Source: Burkholderiales bacterium (GTDB lineage Bacteria; Pseudomonadota; Gammaproteobacteria; Burkholderiales; SG8-39). From it: 64,000 bases of DNA. The notes beneath the pieces are model-generated. The model had not been told where the DNA came from and did not search any database. It saw only the letters and a program-made list of their open reading frames with translations. The stretch lies in contig DASRFM010000104.1 in assembly GCA_035651575.1 (NCBI GenBank), positions 11,197 through 75,196 of the forward strand. Direction: 5' to 3'. Shown one piece after another: positions 33,419-40,538 of this stretch (position 1 is its first letter; every line of letters starts with the position of its first letter). A program made the translations under genes and the position numbers.

Positions 33419-34719
33419 TGGCCCCTGGAAGCTCGCCGGTACGCTTCTTCCGTCGTCAGAGGTCCCTCATCGTCCTCACCAGGCTCCCGACCGTTTAACT
33501 CGGTGTTGTACTGCCGCTGCTTCGCTCGGACCTTCTCCAGGACGAAATCGGAATAGGTCTGGCCGTATTTCTCCGGTTCCGCTTCGACCAGCTTCCGGAG
33601 CGCTGCGCCTAACCGGAACCAGCCCTCCTCCTCGTCCTGGATGCCTGCCTTGGCCATGAAGCTCGCGAGCAGGCTCGTACCGTGGCGCAAGTACCAGCCA
33701 TCCTCCGGCGCTCGATTGCGCTTCATCTCACGCGGGTTGAGCGGGTCATTTCCCTCCCACTCCACGGCCTGGAGCGCTTGCCAAAGCGGATGCGTCACCC
33801 ACCTAGCCCGCGTCTGGTCCTCGGGATTGACGATGGCGAGCCGCCCCCATTCCGTAGTTAGGTAGCGCCAAAGCGACCCACAGGCGCGCCGAAGGTCCGT
33901 CAGCGAGCTAATGCCGAATCCCGCCAGGGCGTGGCGCTTCAGCTCGAATTCGAGGCGCCACACTTCATCGAGGGGGAGCCATCCGCCCTTCTCCCAAATC
34001 GCATGGAAAAAGTACTTGTAGCTATGCGTCTCGATTTCCAGCGTCTTGTTGTAGAGCCTCGCGCCGATGGGACCGCCGAGGCCGAGAGTCCAGCCGGAGA
34101 GCTTCCGCTTGACCGAGTAGGTATGGATTTCCTCCGCTCGCGTCACCCACTCGTCCCGATGGATCAACTCCATGGGATAGGCCGTGGCGAAGTCCCCAAA
34201 GAGGTCTGCCCGCCCGACCTTCTCCCCGCCTTCCAGGTCCGCCAGCTCCTCCAGGACCGCCCGCAGCTGCCTCTCCGCCTCTTCGATCCCGACCGAGGCG
34301 AGGAATTCGCTCCCCACCTGGACCGATGCGACCGGGATTTGCTTCGCCCTTTCGGATGCGAGCCGGATTCGGAACGCGTGATCCGCGAGGCCGAATGGAT
34401 AGAACCCGGAGCCTTTGTCCAGGACCTCGAAAATATGCGTCCCGATTTGCAGCTGCGCCTTGGCCGACTCTCGCGGGTCGTAATTCCGCGCAAGCGTTCG
34501 CAGCTTCTCCAGCTCTTCGACTTTCTCGGGTTTCAGCTTTCCCTGGTACGAGAGATAAAGACTGTCTATCCCTCTGAGAAACAGCCTTACGCCCTCTTCC
34601 CCTTGCCCTATGCAGTTTGCATGGGCTGTGTTACTGACCGTCGCCCCTGCGTCGGCCTGGGCGGGCGCTTGCGCGCCCGCTCCAGGCTCGCCGCCGGCGT
34701 CCTTCCCTTGCCCTTCCAT
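33415..34719 (-). CDS. replication initiation factor-like protein (Rep_trans / rolling-circle type, tentative)
   Basis: 434 aa. The block GARLYNKTLEIETHS...FHAIWEKGGW...EVWRLEFELKRHAL resembles the RxYDKxxE...RxExE core of Rep_trans-family initiators. Confidence 0.55.
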   Translation of the reverse strand: MEGQGKDAGGEPGAGAQAPAQADAGATVSNTAHANCIGQGEEGVRLFLRGIDSLYLSYQGKLKPEKVEELEKLRTLARNYDPRESAKAQLQIGTHIFEVLDKGSGFYPFGLADHAFRIRLASERAKQIPVASVQVGSEFLASVGIEEAERQLRAVLEELADLEGGEKVGRADLFGDFATAYPMELIHRDEWVTRAEEIHTYSVKRKLSGWTLGLGGPIGARLYNKTLEIETHSYKYFFHAIWEKGGWLPLDEVWRLEFELKRHALAGFGISSLTDLRRACGSLWRYLTTEWGRLAIVNPEDQTRARWVTHPLWQALQAVEWEGNDPLNPREMKRNRAPEDGWYLRHGTSLLASFMAKAGIQDEEEGWFRLGAALRKLVEAEPEKYGQTYSDFVLEKVRAKQRQYNTELNGREPGEDDEGPLTTEEAYRRASRGH

Positions 34720-34842
34720 GTTCGTTCTCCGTTACAGGCGGCAGGCATGCCGGTTTGGCTTCCTGCAACGGATACGAAAACTAGACAGCACCCGACCGGG
34801 TGACGACCACCTTAAACAGCGATTTCAGGTGGAGCTACTGAA

Positions 34843-35613
34843 TCAAATCCTTGTGATCTTTTTGGACTCGTAATACTGCTTACGAAGGTTCTTCCGAGCC
34901 GTAAAGGAAGCGGGATAGACCTTCAGCACATCGACCAGCAAATGCTCCAGCTGAGCATCGGACATGGAATCGAACCCCATCTCTCGCAGCACCGCCAGCG
35001 AATACCTCAGGTCGCTATACAGCTCCCAATGCTTTTTACTCGGGCCTTTGATAGCGCTCCTCAGCCGCTCGAAGAATCGCTTTTGATCCAACATCTGTGC
35101 CTTCGAAATCCGCTTAGCGATCGATGGGCAGGCAACGGCGGAACGATCTACACGGACGGCTAGGAACAGCGAATCATCGTTTCCTTCGCGAACTTCCGCT
35201 AAAAGCGCCGACATAGAGCGCTTGTAAAGCATCAAGCTAAAAACCGACCGCTGCATCGAGATCACCGCAGCTAACACGCCAGCGACTGTGAAGTCCTTCC
35301 CTTTTGCAATCAAAGTATCTACGTCTTCCTCAGCCCACTGAATGGCCGCTTCCTGCGGGTCTTCCGCTTTGGACAACTCGATAAATCGTTCCTCTTGACC
35401 CATCAGCGTCAGCCCGACTGCCAAGTGCTGCGTAAACGATAGTTCGTAGAACGCTGCCCAATAGATTCCCTTCTCCAGCACCTCTCGTACCTTTTCAGAG
35501 GTCGCCGTCCGGAGAAGCTCCGGCAATTCCCGAGCGCCAGCCCGGACCTCCGGCAGCTCGCGAATCAAGCGCCGGAACTGATCCGCCGTTAGTCTTCCGT
35601 ACTCCTTTTCCAT
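34843..35613 (-). CDS. hypothetical protein, no recognisable domain (helix-rich by composition)
   Basis: 256-aa ORF in the most AT-rich part of the island. No overlapping competing long ORF. Heads the minus-strand gene string ending in int. Confidence 0.6.
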   Translation of the reverse strand: MEKEYGRLTADQFRRLIRELPEVRAGARELPELLRTATSEKVREVLEKGIYWAAFYELSFTQHLAVGLTLMGQEERFIELSKAEDPQEAAIQWAEEDVDTLIAKGKDFTVAGVLAAVISMQRSVFSLMLYKRSMSALLAEVREGNDDSLFLAVRVDRSAVACPSIAKRISKAQMLDQKRFFERLRSAIKGPSKKHWELYSDLRYSLAVLREMGFDSMSDAQLEHLLVDVLKVYPASFTARKNLRKQYYESKKITRI

Positions 35614-35649
35614 TTCCAGCTAGACTCACGCGCAATTCCAGGGGGAAGG

Positions 35650-36969
35650 ATGCCGACCCTTCTCGGCACTGACAAGCCGATTCTTTTTCTCGGACTGGCC
35701 GATCACGTTCAGTCCGGACCTCAACCTTTCCCTATTGGCGGCTTGGACTTGTTCCAGCTGGCACGTCACAAGGTCCACCTCGTCTACCCGGCGATGATAG
35801 CTAGCGCCTCGTGGGTGTTCCTCGTCGACGTTGATTTTGTGCAGTCACCCGCCGCAATCGGGATGGTCCTACGCGTCTTGGATGCGAACGGTACGGAGAC
35901 GCTAAATTGCACTTTTCAATCACTTGAAACAGCAAGCGCGCCTCCGACACCAAGCGCCGAACCATCAACACAGGCAACCGCGCCCGGGCAACCTATCTGG
36001 ACCGTCCTAGAAGGAAGCCCTTTCGTCCTCTTCAATATCATTTTCGAGGGAGTGCTTCCCAAGCCCGGCGAATACACCATCACCGCTAGCTATCAAGGCA
36101 AGACCGACGAGGTCGGGCGCATCACCTTTCATTATCGTCCGACACCGAGCCTCACGCCCGATCAAGTTAAAGCCGTCGAGGCTGACGTCGGTGCAGCGAA
36201 GTCCATCCGATTCGAGCTTGGCTGCAAGTTCTGCGCTAAAAAGCTTCGGGCATACACCGGCCTTAGCCGGCACGCGGAAACCGAAAAAGCTGGCATCACT
36301 TGGTATGCGGAGCTAGAAGACGAGTTTGTCTGCCAGTGCGGCAAGACTCAATTGCCGCTCCAGTACCTTAGGGAAAGCATGCATGCGTTGCTGCTCAAGG
36401 ACTTCAGCGTCGCGACTTCCGGGCTTAGTTATGTCCGCCAATACGGCCACACGCAAATAACTGCCGTCGCAGAGCGATTTAAGCAGCTGCTTCGCACGGA
36501 GACGCTCGAAGCACCGATTCAGACCTTTCTCGAATACCATCCAGTTTTACTTGCCCGCTTTCATGCGAAGCGGCTCTTCGTAAAACCCAATATTGTTGGC
36601 CGATTCCAGGCGGACTTCGCAATTCTCGATAGCCAGAACGAACTCTGGTTCATCGAACTGGAACGTCCCACTATGCCTCTGTTCAAATCCAACGGACACC
36701 CCACTGCGGCGTTGATGCACGCGTACGGCCAGGTGAACGATTGGCTACAGCAATATCACAAATATCCTGGTGCAATACAAGAAGCACTCAAGCTGCGGCC
36801 CGATGACATAGTGGCGGTTAGGGGCGCCGTAATTGCGGGACATAGCGCACCGCGCATCCTCAGAGCGCTCCAGAGGCATTACGCGACCCCGCCGTATCCG
36901 AGCATCGAATTTCTGACATTTGACGACTTGGCCTCCAGCCTAATCACGCTATCGCGCAAACTGGCCTAG
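35650..36969 (+). CDS. Shedu-like protein: unknown N-terminal region + zinc ribbon + DUF4263/PD-(D/E)xK nuclease-like C-terminus
   Basis: 439 aa. The C-terminal block IQTFLEYHPVLLARF...VGRFQADFAILDSQNELWFIELERP...HAYGQVNDWLQQY follows the DUF4263 (SduA) pattern. CKFC (192-195) and CQC (228-230) suggest a Zn ribbon. GGGGAAGG lies before the ATG. Confidence 0.7.
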   Translation: MPTLLGTDKPILFLGLADHVQSGPQPFPIGGLDLFQLARHKVHLVYPAMIASASWVFLVDVDFVQSPAAIGMVLRVLDANGTETLNCTFQSLETASAPPTPSAEPSTQATAPGQPIWTVLEGSPFVLFNIIFEGVLPKPGEYTITASYQGKTDEVGRITFHYRPTPSLTPDQVKAVEADVGAAKSIRFELGCKFCAKKLRAYTGLSRHAETEKAGITWYAELEDEFVCQCGKTQLPLQYLRESMHALLLKDFSVATSGLSYVRQYGHTQITAVAERFKQLLRTETLEAPIQTFLEYHPVLLARFHAKRLFVKPNIVGRFQADFAILDSQNELWFIELERPTMPLFKSNGHPTAALMHAYGQVNDWLQQYHKYPGAIQEALKLRPDDIVAVRGAVIAGHSAPRILRALQRHYATPPYPSIEFLTFDDLASSLITLSRKLA

Positions 36970-37029
36970 CAACCGGAAGATCAATAATCCGCCGAGACCG
37001 CAGTCATATCAATACGCTGCGGTCGCAAC

Positions 37030-37254
37030 GTGGGAAAATCGGCCATGGCCGTACGGGACGCGATCCAAGCTGCCCAGGGAGAGCTCCCGAGCCTCGGCGC
37101 ATCAGGCAGCGTTACAGACGTTCGGCGCGAAGGGCGAAATGTTCTTATCGTGCTGGACGATCACAGTACGATCCGCGTCACCGGCCTGCTGGCGATAAAG
37201 CTCCGAAAAATGCTTCGGACAGGCTATCTTCGGTGGCGTAAGAACAAGGATTGA
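37030..37254 (+). CDS. hypothetical small protein (weak)
   Basis: 74-aa ORF (GTG; internal ATG at 37045) in the gap between the Shedu-like gene and a receiver gene. No recognisable motif. Confidence 0.25.
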   Translation: MGKSAMAVRDAIQAAQGELPSLGASGSVTDVRREGRNVLIVLDDHSTIRVTGLLAIKLRKMLRTGYLRWRKNKD

Positions 37255-37302
37255 CCTGCATCGCCAGCTCGCTCCTATCGCTATCGTGTCCATTGCGGAC
37301 CG

Positions 37303-37737
37303 CTAGCCATCTCCGAGCAGCTTCTCCAACTCAGGGTACAAGACCGGCTTACGAAGCACTGCATCAAAGCCTGCTGCCATCAGCTCGGCGTCCGGAGTAT
37401 CGCGTCCAGTAATGGCGATGATGCGCGCCTTCCCTTTGGCAAGCTGCGGCATGCGGCGCATCAAGCCGACCACCCTAGTCCCCGCGGCGTCCGGCAACCC
37501 GATATCAAGAAGTACGACCTGGGGCTCCAGGCGCTTTGCGAGATCCAGTGCGACGGTCGCATTAATCGCGAAATCCACATGGTGGCCATCATCCTTGAGG
37601 AGATAGGCCAGGCTGTGGACCTGATCTAAATTGTCATCGACAACAAGAACAGATAGCGCGCGGCGCGCCGCTTTTGCAGCTGGAGACAAGGTCCTCCCTC
37701 GAGGCCGGGCAACAGGTCTTACTTCAACGTCGCGCAT
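37303..37737 (-). CDS. stand-alone response-regulator receiver protein (CheY-like)
   Basis: 144 aa. VVDDN acidic pocket, LLDIGLPD phospho-Asp, AITG and RKP conserved Thr/Lys positions. No output domain. Confidence 0.85.
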   Translation of the reverse strand: MRDVEVRPVARPRGRTLSPAAKAARRALSVLVVDDNLDQVHSLAYLLKDDGHHVDFAINATVALDLAKRLEPQVVLLDIGLPDAAGTRVVGLMRRMPQLAKGKARIIAITGRDTPDAELMAAGFDAVLRKPVLYPELEKLLGDG

Positions 37738-37901
37738 ATTCTCTGTATACGGATACGGACCGCAAGTCGCTATCTACTCGAATCGCAAAACGCCTTTTCT
37801 CGCGTAGCCCTATTCAGCAAGAAGTTGTAGTTGAAACCGCTATGCCGCCGCCCCGCTCCCGGACTTAAACAGCTATAGTCCGTTCCCGACGGAACCCACT
37901 G

Positions 37902-38264
37902 ATGCCCCGAATAATTCTTGTCGTCGATGATCATCCTGACACCGCGGAAACAACTGCTGCGTTGCTTCGCACCTTGGGCCACGAGGTTTATTCGGCTCTG
38001 AGCGCTCCGTCGGCTCTGGCAATGGCCAACGTCCATCGCCCGCAGGTTGTGTTTGTAGACATCAATCTCGGTCCCGACAATGGGTGCGAACTGGCGCAAC
38101 GCATGCGACGCGAGATCGGCCTAGGGAGTGCGCGGTTCTACGCGATCACGGGAAATCCGCAAGAAAATTCTCGCGCCGAGGCCTTGGCAGCCGGTTGCGA
38201 TGGCTACTTCACAAAACCCGTAGACCTCGCCACGTTTCAGTCCGTACTCCAACCGACGGATTGA
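37902..38264 (+). CDS. stand-alone response-regulator receiver protein (CheY-like)
   Basis: 120 aa. VVDDH, FVDINL, AITG and TKP receiver signatures. No output domain. Confidence 0.85.
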   Translation: MPRIILVVDDHPDTAETTAALLRTLGHEVYSALSAPSALAMANVHRPQVVFVDINLGPDNGCELAQRMRREIGLGSARFYAITGNPQENSRAEALAAGCDGYFTKPVDLATFQSVLQPTD

Positions 38265-38310
38265 TGGCGAGCGCACATCGAATCGCGGCGCGTTGGGAAT
38301 GCCGCACGGA

Positions 38311-38369
38311 TGTTTAATCCGATTTGTCCGCAGGTCGCAAACGTGGGGAAAACGTGACGTGATCCGCGG
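38311..38369 (-). pseudogene. degenerate att-like segment fused to the 3' remnant of a second integrase gene
   Basis: 38341-38360 is identical to 32161-32180 (ACGTGGGGAAAACGTGACGT, codons TSRFPHV of the intact integrase). 38311-38339 resembles the tRNA anticodon arm, with a 6-nt insertion. Confidence 0.55.
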
Positions 38370-38433
38370 GTCCTGGCACGTTTTGGCGAGTGAGGGCGGG
38401 CCAATAAACAACTAGTTGCGAATTCGGCTCCGC

Positions 38434-38478
38434 CTGTTAATCCGCAGGTCGCAGGTTCGAGCCCTGCTCGGGGAGCCA
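38434..38478 (+). repeat. attR: 45-bp direct repeat (displaced 3' part of tRNA-Asn)
   Basis: Identical to 32067-32111. Followed by a canonical terminator. Confidence 0.9.
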
Positions 38479-38501
38479 ACTCCATTCAGTCACTTACCGA
38501 G

Positions 38502-38536
38502 ATTTCCGGCGTGCTCCGATGCGCCGGAAATTTTTT
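38502..38536 (+). terminator. rho-independent terminator (probably the ancestral tRNA-Asn terminator)
   Basis: ATTTCCGGCG (38502-38511), a 10-nt loop, CGCCGGAAAT (38522-38531) running into TTTTTT. Starts 24 nt after attR. Confidence 0.75.
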
Positions 38537-38556
38537 GTGTACTGACTGTGTAAGAG

Positions 38557-38817
38557 CTACCTCGCGCGCGTCGAAATCGTAAAGCCCGATCCAACGGGCA
38601 GCGCCAGATTGCCGCTAGATTGAGCGACGACCATGACGGCGTGAATCGTCGAGGTCGAGGTTGATCCCGTCTCGGCGTGCGACATGAGCGGGCTTCGATA
38701 GGCCTGCACGACCTCCAGGCCTTTCTGGAGCGGCTCGGTCAGCTCGCGCGTTTCGAGGTAAAGGTTATGCCCGATCGAGCCGATGCAGGCGCCGATGACG
38801 ATTTCTTTTGCGGCCAT
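38557..38817 (-). CDS. hypothetical protein
   Basis: 86-aa ORF with GC-rich third positions and AGGGA upstream. No recognisable motif. Confidence 0.35.
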   Translation of the reverse strand: MAAKEIVIGACIGSIGHNLYLETRELTEPLQKGLEVVQAYRSPLMSHAETGSTSTSTIHAVMVVAQSSGNLALPVGSGFTISTRAR

Positions 38818-39375
38818 TTTCGTTTTTCCCTGATACTGTATAAACGTCCATTACTCTGCGCTCCCGCGACCGTATCGTCAAGCCCCGAGAACGAGATCGA
38901 GCTCTGGCTCTGGGAGCACACCGACGAGCTCGGAAAGCGCCGGCAAACGCGGTATCACCTGACCGAAGCGCAGGCGCGGGAACGGCTCAAGGATCCGGTA
39001 AAGGTCGATTGGTCGCTCGTGCGGCGCCCCGGACCGGCCCCGTCGACCTCAAGCTGGCGCGGGCGCCCCTAGAGGCGCTTCCGGAGCTACACGATCGAGC
39101 GTCAAATGGACGAGCTTAATTCGGAACGTCTCGCCGTCATCCCAAGCAACCGTAGCCGTATCGGCTTTTGCACTTGATCCAAGTTCATTGCTGACTCCTT
39201 GCAGCGCAAGACGCGGAGATAAGGACTGACACGCTCCGCCGTCGTACAGCGGCGACAGTCGCCATCGGCCCATCTGGGTTCGCTCGGTATCGGACATACG
39301 CGGACTTTCGCCGCGCGCATAGTGCAACCCCCCCAGCGGTGTTTCAGGCCGCGACCTCAACGCCAGGTGGACCCA

Positions 39376-40521
39376 ATGCGACTGTCAATTTTCATCACCG
39401 AGAATCTCGAGCAAATCCTCGCGGAGTGGGAATCGTTTGCCGCTTCGCTGCTTGCTCCCGGCCAGGCGATGACGTCGCTGGCCCTGCGCGACCATGCAAG
39501 CCAGATCCTGCTAGCGATTGCCGAAGACATCGAGACCAGCCAGACCCAGCTCGAGCAAGCCTACAAGTCGAAGGGCTTCGTGCAGATCGCACAGGCGACG
39601 AGGACCGCGGCGATGACGCACGGTGCGCTACGGCATCTCGCGGGCTTCGACCTGCGCCAGCTCGCTGCGGAATTCCGGGCTCTTCGAGCGAGCGTGCTGC
39701 GCTTGTGGCTCAAGCACGGCGCCGCGAGTGAATCGGCGTTCTACGAGATGACGCGCTTCAACGAAGCGATTGACCAGGCGCTTGCCGAATCCATCTCCAA
39801 CTACTCCAATGAAGCGGCACGCTCGAGAGACACCTTCCTCGCGATCCTGGGGCACGATCTGCGCAGCCCGCTCTCCGCGATCGCGAATTCGGGCCTCTAC
39901 TTGACGGCGCCGGGACTGCTCCCCACGGGTGCGCCGCTCGAAGCTGCGAGGCGCGTCACTCGCAGCGCCGCGAGAATGAGCATCATGATCAGGGACCTGC
40001 TGGAGTACACGCGTGCACGGCTTGGCCGATCCATCCCCATTACCTCCGAGGCCGGCGACATGGAACAGATTTGCAGGATGGCCTACGACGAGATCCGCGC
40101 CATCCACCCGGAGAGGCTTTTCCGCCTGAAGATGTCGGGCGACCTGAACGGCCGGTTCGACGCCGACCGTTTGCAGCAGGTCCTGGCGAACCTGCTGAAC
40201 AACGCCGTCCGGCACGGCGACAAAAACGAGCCGATCACGCTCTCGGCGGATGGCGACGCAGAGAAGATTACGCTGCAAGTCGAGAACCATGGCCGCCCGA
40301 TCCCGCCTGACCAGCTGCAGGTGATCTTCAACCCGCTCGTGCAGATACCGTCCGCGCTCACCGATGAGGACGCCGACTCGTCCACGAGCCTGGGACTCGG
40401 CCTCTACATCGCCCGGGAAATCGTGGCGATGCACGGCGGCACGATCGAGGCTGAATCCACCGGCAGCGGCACGGTATTCAGCGCGCGGCTGCCGAGAGCG
40501 CGGGCCGAAGCCCGACTTTAG
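39376..40521 (+). CDS. sensor histidine kinase (cytoplasmic; HisKA + HATPase_c)
   Basis: Trimmed to MRLSIFITENLEQILAEWESFA, an N-terminal sensor region reminiscent of RsbRD_N-type domains (tentative). H-box FLAILGHDLRSPLSAI, N-box LLNNAVRHG, G2 GLGLYIAREIV. Confidence 0.85.
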   Translation: MRLSIFITENLEQILAEWESFAASLLAPGQAMTSLALRDHASQILLAIAEDIETSQTQLEQAYKSKGFVQIAQATRTAAMTHGALRHLAGFDLRQLAAEFRALRASVLRLWLKHGAASESAFYEMTRFNEAIDQALAESISNYSNEAARSRDTFLAILGHDLRSPLSAIANSGLYLTAPGLLPTGAPLEAARRVTRSAARMSIMIRDLLEYTRARLGRSIPITSEAGDMEQICRMAYDEIRAIHPERLFRLKMSGDLNGRFDADRLQQVLANLLNNAVRHGDKNEPITLSADGDAEKITLQVENHGRPIPPDQLQVIFNPLVQIPSALTDEDADSSTSLGLGLYIAREIVAMHGGTIEAESTGSGTVFSARLPRARAEARL

Positions 40522-40538
40522 GCTTAGAGGGCACGCCC

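Larger units (their letters stand above)
32112..38478. mobile_element. tRNA-Asn-integrated genomic island or satellite-like integrative element (about 6.4 kb)
   Basis: Bounded by the perfect 45-bp repeat. Integrase lies directly next to the tRNA, followed by excisionase and a Rep-like gene. Visibly lower GC than the flanks. Confidence 0.85.

Noticed and set aside
36007-36540. Three 60-88-aa minus-strand ORFs inside the Shedu-like gene
   Set aside because: They are short antisense frames without ribosome-binding sites. The plus-strand frame is continuous and carries the recognisable domain.
36996-37042. Hairpin GACCGCAG-N13-CTGCGGTC after the Shedu-like gene, and a third partial copy of the junction motif (GGTCGCAACGTGGGAAAA)
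   Set aside because: The hairpin has no U-tract, so a terminator call is weak. The motif match is only ~14-15 nt with an indel, and matches of that length are expected by chance in 64 kb. It is suggestive of another module boundary but not supportable.
38677-38830. N-terminal half of plus-strand ORF 38677..39072
   Set aside because: It overlaps the better-supported minus-strand ORF 38557..38817 and has no convincing start. Only the downstream part is kept as an open question (see findings).
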